Part shown: positions 1 to 8,301 of the stretch, one piece after another | How the letters are laid out: the number at the start of each line of letters is the position of its first letter | Position numbering within the stretch: the stretch's first letter is position 1 | Assembly (NCBI GenBank): GCA_048941015.1 | Contig: JBHLNZ010000061.1 | Coordinates: forward strand, 1 to 19,041 | Direction: 5' to 3' | Source of the DNA: Promethearchaeota archaeon | GTDB lineage: Archaea; Asgardarchaeota; Lokiarchaeia; Sigyniarchaeales; SOKP01 | DNA: 19,041 nt | The notes under the pieces: generated by a model | The model's input: the letters and a program-made list of their open reading frames with translations, nothing else | Database searches by the model: none | What the model was told of the DNA's origin: nothing | Made by a program: the position numbers and the translations under genes

Positions 1-71
1 GGTCTGTTAATTGTTATACGTGCAATTCTATCTTTTTTTTCAAAAATAATCTCTTCATAATCCATTTTCAT
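1..71 (-). CDS. 5' end of enoyl-CoA hydratase/crotonase-superfamily protein (runs off the window)
   Basis: Not in the ORF track. Manual translation from ATG at 71 gives MKMDYEEIIFEKKDRIARITINRP, the typical crotonase/MenB-like N-terminus (…IARITINRP). A GGAG RBS lies at 75-78 on the minus strand; alternative ATG at 65. Confidence 0.8.
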   Translation of the reverse strand, partial: MKMDYEEIIFEKKDRIARITINR

Positions 72-126
72 AAACTCCAATATTTTTTGAATTTTACATT
101 AATGATTAATCAATTAAAATGATCTT

Positions 127-138
127 TTTATATATAAA
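127..138 (-). promoter_or_regulatory. TATA-box candidate for the crotonase-family gene
   Basis: TTTATATATAAA about 55 nt upstream of the ATG; matches archaeal TATA consensus, but the background is very AT-rich. Confidence 0.4.
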
Positions 139-209
139 ACACACTCTCTTTATAGAATTACTATCAAATTATATTTTAATTAAGATTAGAAGATAGCACT
201 ATATATTCT

Positions 210-231
210 TCGTGAAACCTAAATTTCACGA
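210..231. repeat. Perfect 8-bp inverted repeat TCGTGAAA-N6-TTTCACGA (operator or hairpin)
   Basis: Read directly from the sequence; intergenic, between the SBP stop (284) and the crotonase promoter; adjacent to an A7 tract. Confidence 0.6.
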
Positions 232-283
232 GTAAAAAAATATAGCCTCACATTATCATAATTGATAAGAAATAAAAATTGAT

Positions 284-2077
284 TTATTTTTTAATTCTAG
301 GTTTGACCTTGTAGTAAATAATAATAATCGAACTTAAAATGACACAACAGAATAGAACTACTTCATAACTAGGAATTTCAGGATTTTCATTACCAGGTGA
401 CTCAGGATTTACTTCTATGAATGTTTCAAAATATTTATCTTTATAACCAATAGCTGATATTGTCATATTTAACAATATAGGATCTTCTCCTGGAAGCACC
501 GTTATTGGAATTAAATTAACCGAATAATTTCCATTTCCATGATTTTGAATACTAGATGATACATCTGTTCCGTTCCAGCACATTTGAATTGTAGCATCAT
601 TAATTGGATCTCCTGTAACGTTACTGAGATATAATGTTATTTTAAAGTTTTCAGCTGTGTATTCTCTATCGACGATTTCTACGTAAATTTCAGGGATTAA
701 TAAATCTGTAATATCACTCTGCATTTCTGCTAACGCTGTATCAACGTCTTTTTGGCAGCTTAACATATCATTAAAGATATCAGCAATAATACTTGAGATT
801 GACAAATAATTTTCATGCACAGGGCGAGACAACGTTAAATCTAATTGATCTGTCCAATTTTTAATCCATTCGAAACCAGTTGGAGGATTATCATAGACTG
901 ATTTCAAAGCGGGAAAGTTAGAGAGCGCTTGTATTCCTGGGTTTGGTGATGCATCGGCAGTTAGTTCTCTTTCCTGCGCTAAAGGATCACCTAAAAATTT
1001 AGTAAAATTAATTGCTGCTTCCCTTGCAGTTCCTGTGGTTGTAACAGGGATTGCTAAGTTACTACCACCTATAATTGAAGTTCTATATCCCGTAGCCCCC
1101 GCAAAATGAGGTAGGGGGGCAATTCCAAATTCTATATCGAAATCTTCAGAGCTACCATAAGCAAAATTCCATTGTCGCATGAATATAGATTCATTAGCTA
1201 ACCATACTGCTACTGAGGCTCCTTCATCATAAACTAAACCACTACGAGGGATAATATAAGGTGTACCTTGGACCCCAGTATATTGTGGTGCTATTAAAGC
1301 TTTTAAAAAGGTCATTGCTTCTGTGACTTCTGTCGTGTTAATATTCACATCACCAAAACTAGAAAGTAAATCTAATTCGCCATTACTTCCACACCATTCA
1401 AAAAAATTGACTACACCACCTTCGTACGCATCAAATTGGCCAACATATCCAACAAGATCTGAATCAGCATCAGTTAATAAGCCACTTTGATTATTAAGGA
1501 TATAATTAGCAGTTGTATTTAATTCTTCCCATGTGTCAAAATCAGCTTCTGTCCAACCTGGTAGATGGAGATCTAAAAGATCCTTACGATAATACAAAAT
1601 TCCTAGATTATTAAAGTAAGGATACGCATATTGTTTACCTTTATACATGCATGCATCAACCGAGCCAATAATATAGTCATCCATCTCATTAGCATCTAAA
1701 TAGGGATCCAATTCAATAATCCAACCGTTTGAAGCAAATAAAGCTGTCCAAATCGTATCCAAATCAATAACATGTGATGTAGCTGTTCCCGATTCCATCA
1801 GAGCTTGTAGAAAAACAAGTTGGTCAGTGGATGTGGCTCCTGAAGATAATATGGTAACAGAATCGACTCCAGAACCTAAAGGTGATGACAAAAAGTTTGC
1901 TGTGACATTTTGGATTCCTGGAAGTCTTTGAGCATAAGTATATATGGTTAAGTCTACTCCTTGAGATGTTCTTGGAAATTCAAATCTTCTAACAGGATTT
2001 CCGAATAAAGATAGTAAAAGTAAAGTTAAAAATCCAAATAAACCAAGCATACATTTATATTTATTATAATTTTTCAA
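284..2077 (-). CDS. Extracellular sugar-type ABC solute-binding protein with C-terminal Ig-like domain and IPxY-TM-basic (Loki-CTERM-like) anchor
   Basis: N-terminal hydrophobic signal. SBP motifs resemble trehalose/maltose-type binding proteins: DLDTIW…FASNGW, YKGKQYAYP…LYYRKDLL, FMRQW, GIAPLP, GGSNLAI, RP. C-terminus is IPSYEVVLFCCVILSSIIIIYYKVKPRIKK. TTG start with GGTGA RBS at 2082-2086. Confidence 0.88.
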   Translation of the reverse strand: MKNYNKYKCMLGLFGFLTLLLLSLFGNPVRRFEFPRTSQGVDLTIYTYAQRLPGIQNVTANFLSSPLGSGVDSVTILSSGATSTDQLVFLQALMESGTATSHVIDLDTIWTALFASNGWIIELDPYLDANEMDDYIIGSVDACMYKGKQYAYPYFNNLGILYYRKDLLDLHLPGWTEADFDTWEELNTTANYILNNQSGLLTDADSDLVGYVGQFDAYEGGVVNFFEWCGSNGELDLLSSFGDVNINTTEVTEAMTFLKALIAPQYTGVQGTPYIIPRSGLVYDEGASVAVWLANESIFMRQWNFAYGSSEDFDIEFGIAPLPHFAGATGYRTSIIGGSNLAIPVTTTGTAREAAINFTKFLGDPLAQERELTADASPNPGIQALSNFPALKSVYDNPPTGFEWIKNWTDQLDLTLSRPVHENYLSISSIIADIFNDMLSCQKDVDTALAEMQSDITDLLIPEIYVEIVDREYTAENFKITLYLSNVTGDPINDATIQMCWNGTDVSSSIQNHGNGNYSVNLIPITVLPGEDPILLNMTISAIGYKDKYFETFIEVNPESPGNENPEIPSYEVVLFCCVILSSIIIIYYKVKPRIKK

Positions 2078-2237
2078 TCTTTCACCAAATTATTAAAATT
2101 TAATTGTTTCTGTTTTCAATTTTTTATATTATCTAAAATTATAAATTGATAAATTATTACGAAAAACCTACTTTTATATTTTAGGGTGTTCAAAAATTTG
2201 AAAATAGGCATTAACATTAAAAAAGCAACAAAAATAC

Positions 2238-2762
2238 CTACGGAAGAACCATTTTTTCTTTAATTTCATGAACCAAACTGGAACCATCTTTATTAATCTG
2301 TGAAAGTATGTCCCTTAAAATCTCATTAATTTCAATTCCTTTTAAATCACAGGAAATATACAACAATGATAATATCTGCCGTGCCAAAGTCTGAAGCGTT
2401 TTAATATCATCAATAGGAATTCTTATACCAAGCGCCTTTAAATCCATATGTGTTTCTTTTTCTTGTTGTCTAACCACAATCAAAACATCATTTTTTCGAC
2501 CTTTCCAAATTTCAGTTATAGCACGAATTGATAAAATATATCTTTTTGTAGCGCTACCTATTCCATGGATTTCTTTAGTAAATTCTAGGGGTTCTGAATT
2601 CCTTATAGATTTAAGTCCAAAACTTCTATTCATTAAATTAGCTTTATCTAATTTATTTTTCATTTTGGAGATTTCATCTGTTAATTGTTCGACCTTTAAC
2701 GACAATTTTTCAAATTTCTCCAAAAACAGTTCTTTATTAATTGAGTTTTCAAAATCACCCAT
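2238..2762 (-). CDS. Hypothetical protein: N-terminal coiled coil plus possible PC4/PUR-like ssDNA-binding domain
   Basis: 174-aa ORF with heptad segment FEKLSLKVEQLTDEISKMKNKL. The segment KRYILSIR…WKGRKNDVLIVVRQQ…KALGIRIPIDDIKTL resembles the PC4 pattern by eye. Confidence 0.6.
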   Translation of the reverse strand: MGDFENSINKELFLEKFEKLSLKVEQLTDEISKMKNKLDKANLMNRSFGLKSIRNSEPLEFTKEIHGIGSATKRYILSIRAITEIWKGRKNDVLIVVRQQEKETHMDLKALGIRIPIDDIKTLQTLARQILSLLYISCDLKGIEINEILRDILSQINKDGSSLVHEIKEKMVLP

Positions 2763-2909
2763 TCAAAACAACATCTTGTTGAAATTAAGTGTGATATTTT
2801 TTGAATAAGTTTCTAATAAAACTAATTATTAAAGGCTTAATCTCTTTTAATTTAGTAATTTACAAACTTACATTAAAAATTAAAAGATAAGGGAATAATC
2901 TATTATTTC

Positions 2910-4184
2910 TTATATATCGTTAGAATTGATGTTCGGATTAGACTTAAAGTTATCATCATTTCCTTCTCTACTTAAGTCCAAGAAAACTTGGTTATTTCCT
3001 ACATCTTTCTTAGTTTCATATTTAATAGTATCTTCAAGGCTCAAGAAATCTTTGATTTCTTTATCTAATTCAGATTTAAATTGCTTCTCATTTCTATAAA
3101 ACTTTCTTGACTCATATAATCCAAGTATAATTAAAATGAGGATAAAGAAGAATAGTATGAAAATGTTTCTAAGTAAGTTTATTATAGCGTCATTTAGGAA
3201 TGATAAAATATTAACATACGGTAAGTATCCTAATAAGGTATAAGGAAAATTTTTAGCAAATTCATACGAAACTTTAGAAAATAATAGCCACATTAATACC
3301 GTATCAAGACCAATCCTCTTAGATTTTATCCTTTTGCTTAAAAGTTCTGCCTGAGATCCCATCAATGTACTAATAGAATACAACAAGATTCCTAAATCTA
3401 CTAATAATAAGATAATTTGTGTAGTGATAGATGATTCTTCTCCTCCTATATTTCTGATTGCTAAGAAAAGCTTTATTAATAAATAGAATGTATAAAGGAC
3501 CACCAGTAATGAAAACATCCCCAACCAAGCATTAAAAACTTTTTTAATTAGACAAACAAATGCAATTATTAAAAAAAAGATTATAACTCCTCCAATAAAA
3601 GTTACAACATAATTTAAAATTTCCATGGCAGTTTGATTTATTTCAATCCCAGTAAGTACACCTATATATTGAGAACCAAGCAAATAACCTACTAATAACC
3701 CAAGGCTTAAAACAAATCCGAAAATAAATGTAAGGGATCTATATAGTCCACTTTTAATTTTTCTTTTTAATTTATCATCTATTCTTTTACTTGAAAGATA
3801 ACCACCATACAAAATAAACCAAGATGTTAGGAAAAAGTAAGAGACAATCGAAAATAAAAACATGCCTACTAAAATAAAGATTAATAGAAACATCAGTGGT
3901 AGCGATAAAAAGAAGTAAAGTAATACTTTCCACGAGGCAATTTCTTTTACATCCTTCTTAGCAAAGATTGATAATATAAATAAAAATGTAACAAATGTTA
4001 AAAAAGGTAAGTAAATAATTATCCCAATTAGGTCTATTAAATCCATTTCAATATTAAAAAGTACTACATCCATTCTAATCGGGAATTCAATTAATAGAAT
4101 ATTAAGATGAAGCCAAACAACGAGAATCAATAATTTTCTATTCTCTTTTAACCCTAATTTCTTAAGATTTTCAATTATTTCCAT
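2910..4184 (-). CDS. Polytopic membrane protein of unknown function
   Basis: 424 aa with roughly 10-11 hydrophobic segments and a charged C-terminal tail; no recognised family motif. Confidence 0.75.
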   Translation of the reverse strand: MEIIENLKKLGLKENRKLLILVVWLHLNILLIEFPIRMDVVLFNIEMDLIDLIGIIIYLPFLTFVTFLFILSIFAKKDVKEIASWKVLLYFFLSLPLMFLLIFILVGMFLFSIVSYFFLTSWFILYGGYLSSKRIDDKLKRKIKSGLYRSLTFIFGFVLSLGLLVGYLLGSQYIGVLTGIEINQTAMEILNYVVTFIGGVIIFFLIIAFVCLIKKVFNAWLGMFSLLVVLYTFYLLIKLFLAIRNIGGEESSITTQIILLLVDLGILLYSISTLMGSQAELLSKRIKSKRIGLDTVLMWLLFSKVSYEFAKNFPYTLLGYLPYVNILSFLNDAIINLLRNIFILFFFILILIILGLYESRKFYRNEKQFKSELDKEIKDFLSLEDTIKYETKKDVGNNQVFLDLSREGNDDNFKSNPNINSNDI

Positions 4185-4338
4185 AAAAAAATCATAAACT
4201 TGGTCTATTTAAAATTTAGTAATAACATAACTCGGTTTAAAAAAGCGGGAACTTGGGAGTGTTTAAAATAAGATAACTCCAGAACAATAAATATTTAAAA
4301 GCATAATCTATCTAATATTTAAAAAAAATTTATAAAAT

Positions 4339-5034
4339 GTGATTTTTTTGATATTACAAACGGATTACTGGACTTATATTCAAGCATTTTTTGATTGGGT
4401 TGCTCAATCAGCAGGTGTTATGGTTTGTATCACTGGTTTTATTGCATTTACTTGGCTTGGATATGAAAGAAAAAGACGAGGTTCTTTTACCAAAAGAAAG
4501 GCAGAAGAGGGTAAAAAGTTTAATATTACGAAGTTCTTAAGAGTTTTATCATACACAGGAGTTATAGTTGGAATTCTTGATATCTGGGCAGGATCAATGG
4601 GCTTAATCCTAGACATCCCTCCAAGTTTTAGATATGCCGCTCTCACTGAAAATGCTGCGGATCATTTTACATGTATTTTCCTAATTATCGTTGGAATTGC
4701 AATGTTTTTCAAACCTATTAATGATTTACCACTTGCAAGTATATTAGGATTAATTGCAGGTATTGCATCTGCTGTAGTATTAGCTGCAGTAATACCTCCT
4801 GGAGTGGAAGTGGTTATTGCAGAGTGGATAAATCCAAAATTACTGCTTATTATCGTTTTTATAGTTGTTGCTGCTATTGTTGCTATTACGGCTAAATTTT
4901 ATGTTGGAATATTACAAACTATTTCTAAGTTTCTTTCATGGCCACCTATAGCCTTTATTATAATGATTTTCTGCTTAGTCCAAGGTATTTTATTGTGGGG
5001 CTTCGGAATGAGTATTTTTGTGAATTTCCTTTAA
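4339..5034 (+). CDS. Polytopic membrane protein of unknown function (about 6 TM)
   Basis: 231 aa, GTG start (exact start uncertain), basic loop ERKRRG…KRKAEEGKK after the first TM; divergent from 2910..4184. Confidence 0.75.
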   Translation: MIFLILQTDYWTYIQAFFDWVAQSAGVMVCITGFIAFTWLGYERKRRGSFTKRKAEEGKKFNITKFLRVLSYTGVIVGILDIWAGSMGLILDIPPSFRYAALTENAADHFTCIFLIIVGIAMFFKPINDLPLASILGLIAGIASAVVLAAVIPPGVEVVIAEWINPKLLLIIVFIVVAAIVAITAKFYVGILQTISKFLSWPPIAFIIMIFCLVQGILLWGFGMSIFVNFL

Positions 5035-5056
5035 GTAATAAAAATCCACCAAAAAT

Positions 5057-6313
5057 CTATTTCAAAATATTTTTCTTTTTTTTATTTGTGCTTTTTGTAG
5101 TATTATTAGAATTTTTTTTAGGGAACAGTTTATAGTCAACTTCCTCATATGGTTTCATCGGTTTTAATGAATCTATTTGAAAATTACATACCCAACACAC
5201 ATTTTCTAAATCACTTAAAGCTTTAGAGCATTTTGAACAATAGAAAGTTCCACATTCCGGACACATAAAATTATTCCCACTTATTTTAGTCTTACATACC
5301 AAGCAAATTTTCTTTTCTTTGGATACTGTTACTTCTTCTTCAGTTAGCTTCTGGGGTCTAGTGAATATACCCAAAACATCAGTTTTTATTTTTTCATCTA
5401 CCTGTATTGATTTAGAAACTATGCTTGACCGTGTATGTTTAATTATAAGATAAAAAAGGGTATACACATATGCAGCTAAAAAAAAAAATTCCAGAATAAG
5501 TTGCCACTCGAGAGAAAAAATAATATCAAGCACTATAATATATATAATTAGAGGAATAGCTAAAAGTGCAAAAAGTACCCAAAACAATAATGCACGTCTT
5601 ATTATTTTAGGCTTGACTACTGTCGGTATAATTATAATACAACAACCTAGAATTAAGAGAAGTGGACTTAGTTCTAATGGATAAATATTAAGAGATTTAT
5701 GAGCTCTCAAAGCTAGAACGAGGGAAAACATGAATAATAAAAAACCAAATAAAAAGAATGAAGAAACAGCCTTAAACTCGAGACGTGACCTTTCCGTGTA
5801 ATGATATAAAACAATTGGAACTAAGATCACTAATCCCCCTAATATAAAAAAATTAAAAATTGGTCTTGCTACATCCAAGGGATCTGTAGAGATTGAGGGA
5901 AAAATAATTACTAAAATAGTAAATATCCCAAATGCAATTGTAAAAGCAAATTTTGTGCGTTTGAATATCACATCAAAAGCTAAAACAAAAAACATTCCTC
6001 CTAATCCCAATATAGCATTACTTATTATTTCAAGAATAATATAGATTGATGAAAAGTTTTCATAATCACCATAAAATATAATATTATCAATATTAAATGA
6101 AACTGGAATTTGAAGAACTTGAATGAAAGTAATAACTAAACTAGAGGCAAATCCGAGAGGTAAACTAGCTAATCCAAACATAATGATTTTTTCACTGAAT
6201 ATCTCTCTCTTCCTTCCTTTAATTATAAAGTATACTCCACATATTAACGTTAAAGTTATTGCGATTCCCCATATGAATCGTTCATAAGTACTCCAAAGCA
6301 TTACATCTGCCAT
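5057..6313 (-). CDS. Membrane protein (about 9 TM) with C-terminal C4C4 RING-like double zinc finger
   Basis: Nine hydrophobic stretches, then RPQKLTEEEVTVSKEKK followed by CLVC-x10-CPEC-x4-CSKC-x10-CWVC. AGGAG RBS at 6323-6327. Confidence 0.8.
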   Translation of the reverse strand: MADVMLWSTYERFIWGIAITLTLICGVYFIIKGRKREIFSEKIIMFGLASLPLGFASSLVITFIQVLQIPVSFNIDNIIFYGDYENFSSIYIILEIISNAILGLGGMFFVLAFDVIFKRTKFAFTIAFGIFTILVIIFPSISTDPLDVARPIFNFFILGGLVILVPIVLYHYTERSRLEFKAVSSFFLFGFLLFMFSLVLALRAHKSLNIYPLELSPLLLILGCCIIIIPTVVKPKIIRRALLFWVLFALLAIPLIIYIIVLDIIFSLEWQLILEFFFLAAYVYTLFYLIIKHTRSSIVSKSIQVDEKIKTDVLGIFTRPQKLTEEEVTVSKEKKICLVCKTKISGNNFMCPECGTFYCSKCSKALSDLENVCWVCNFQIDSLKPMKPYEEVDYKLFPKKNSNNTTKSTNKKKKNILK

Positions 6314-6432
6314 AATTGTTTACTCCTAATTAGGATTTTTTTAGTGTTGTAATGGTTTTTGGATAAATCTGTATATCTTAATTGCCAATCTTATATATAA
6401 AAATTTTGGTATAATTATATTTTCTTTATCTT

Positions 6433-7242
6433 TTAGATAAAAAAATCAGTTAATTTTCTTTGTTGGTTAAAACTTTTGAATGGCAGTTTTAATCTCGTCT
6501 TAAGTAGGTTGACAGATTCTGGTGCAAATCCCATAAAATGATTATTTACTATAATAAATATTTCATATATCTCATGATCTTTTCGAAAGGTGTCTACTTT
6601 TTCAATTAAATCTCTAAGTATATTTTCTTGTTCTCTCTGAACTCGGTTAAAAACATTCAACTCACGATTTCCAATTAATCGAATATAATAATACAGTTGT
6701 TTAGGTAGATAATAAGCTTCTAAATCAGGTTTATAAGTTGTTCCTAAAATTTTCTCTTTACCATCAATAAATTTGTTTAATATTTCTGGTTTAAACCAAG
6801 AATTATCTCGAAACTCAAAAATGTATTTTAATCTGTCATTTAACGGTATCTCATTAATCAAGTAACTTAATTTTTGAAGATGCTCTTCAGAATAATGAAA
6901 CCAAGGAGGAAATTGAAATAAATACCCAAACATTTTCTCTTCTAAGGGTTTTATTCTGTAAAAGAACTGATCAATTTGATTATCAATCTCGGATTCGTGT
7001 AATTTGTGAGTAATTTCTTGCCATACTTTTACTATAAAACGAAATTGTTTTGGAACCTTTGAGAACCAATTAGTTACCATACTAACTGTAGGTAAATTAT
7101 AAAATGTAGAATTTATTTCAACAATATCAAAAAATTGTGAATAGTAATCTAATTGAGCAGTCGATTCAATTGATTTTGGATAGAAAGGACCAACCCAATC
7201 TTTATAATTCCATCCAGCACATCCAATCTTAATCTGAACCAT
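6433..7242 (-). CDS. DUF72 (YecE-like) TIM-barrel protein with C-terminal PIP box
   Basis: Family motifs IGCAGWNYKDWVGPFYP, VEINSTFY, F.VK…ITH, LFQFPPWF, EFR..SW, YIRLIG, NNH..G.AP. C-terminus QRKLTDFF. Likely start is ATG 7242 (MVQIKIG); the ORF track extends it to 7305. Confidence 0.92.
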   Translation of the reverse strand: MVQIKIGCAGWNYKDWVGPFYPKSIESTAQLDYYSQFFDIVEINSTFYNLPTVSMVTNWFSKVPKQFRFIVKVWQEITHKLHESEIDNQIDQFFYRIKPLEEKMFGYLFQFPPWFHYSEEHLQKLSYLINEIPLNDRLKYIFEFRDNSWFKPEILNKFIDGKEKILGTTYKPDLEAYYLPKQLYYYIRLIGNRELNVFNRVQREQENILRDLIEKVDTFRKDHEIYEIFIIVNNHFMGFAPESVNLLKTRLKLPFKSFNQQRKLTDFFI

Positions 7243-7326
7243 ATCATCTAACATATTTAAAAAATTTTTTAAATAATACTTCAAATGTGTTAAGAATTTA
7301 ATCATTAAAATAAATTTCAGTTATAA

Positions 7327-7338
7327 TCGATTAATCGA
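7327..7338. promoter_or_regulatory. Perfect palindrome TCGATTAATCGA in the divergent DUF72 / coiled-coil intergenic region
   Basis: Read directly; flanked by TATAA…TTATA. Shares the GATTAATC core with 104-111 and 13071-13078. Confidence 0.45.
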
Positions 7339-7514
7339 ATTATATTATTTTTAATAATTAAGATTGATTTAAAATTTAAAACACGAAATATTTTATAAGA
7401 AAGACTTTGATTATTTATATACAATAATTAAATCCTCTACAATTTTTATAAATTGAAAAATACAAAACTAAAGAGTAATAATTTTTTAATATAACGAAGA
7501 TTGGGTGAATTTAA

Positions 7515-8177
7515 TTGTCGATAGATTGGGAGAAAGCTGAGGAACGCCCTGAAAAAAAGCAGAGTGTTGAAGGAAGGATTCTATTAGATCTGAGGGCAAA
7601 GGTTAACGAATTAGAAAGAGAATTAATAAATACTAAAAAACAATTGAAAAAGACTGATGAAGAATTAAGAGAAACCAAAAGCAAATTGTCAGGCAGAGAA
7701 AAAAGCCTTACCCGAATGACAGAGAAATTCTCTTCAGCAAAGAAAAGTTTAGATGATGTAGCAGAACAAAAACTAAGTGTTGATATTGAATTAACTAAAC
7801 TAAAACCACAAGTCTCAGATTTTGAGAATGATTTATCAGTTGCTAAAGCAAAAATAATAGAACTAGAAGGAGAGCTAAAATTCACAACAGAGAAAATCTC
7901 AGAGTTGGAACAAAAAATTACTTTCAAAGAAAAAACCATTGAGACCCAAAGAGGAGATATTAAGAAAAGAAATGGGGATATAGATTTATATAAAGAAAAG
8001 TTAGAATTAAATCAGAAAGAAGTGGAAGATCTGTCAAGTAAAATAAGGGATCTTGAGACACAATTATCAGAACTAGAATCTTCTCCTGAAATTCTACAAA
8101 AGATTAAAGACACTATGGTTCACAAAGGCTTTCTTTCAGATAAAGAGCTCGAAGATATATTAAATGAGTTTAGTTAA
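7515..8177 (+). CDS. Coiled-coil protein, paralog A (conserved head, ~165-aa rod, conserved KGFLSDKE tail)
   Basis: TTG start with GGTGA RBS at 7504-7508; near-continuous heptad pattern; both termini closely match 8302..9033. Confidence 0.85.
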   Translation: MSIDWEKAEERPEKKQSVEGRILLDLRAKVNELERELINTKKQLKKTDEELRETKSKLSGREKSLTRMTEKFSSAKKSLDDVAEQKLSVDIELTKLKPQVSDFENDLSVAKAKIIELEGELKFTTEKISELEQKITFKEKTIETQRGDIKKRNGDIDLYKEKLELNQKEVEDLSSKIRDLETQLSELESSPEILQKIKDTMVHKGFLSDKELEDILNEFS

Positions 8178-8301
8178 ACCATTCTATTAGAAATATTATT
8201 TAAATCAAAAATTATTATATATAACCAAAAGTATATTGTAATATATTTTGAAATTTAAGAATTGTAGAAAGATAAATTAGTAAATAAAAGGTGAATAATT
8301 T

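Noticed and set aside
4404-5135. Short ORFs 4404..4646 (-) and 4938..5135 (+)
   Set aside because: They overlap better-supported genes and show no RBS or recognisable motif.
5478-5488. A11 homopolymer inside the membrane zinc-finger gene as a phase-variation tract
   Set aside because: It encodes FFFL in a TM helix, the frame is intact, and long A/T runs are common throughout this window.
7243-7305. 21-aa N-terminal extension of DUF72 given by the ORF track
   Set aside because: DUF72 proteins normally begin just before the IGxxGW motif; the extension looks like AT-rich intergenic DNA.
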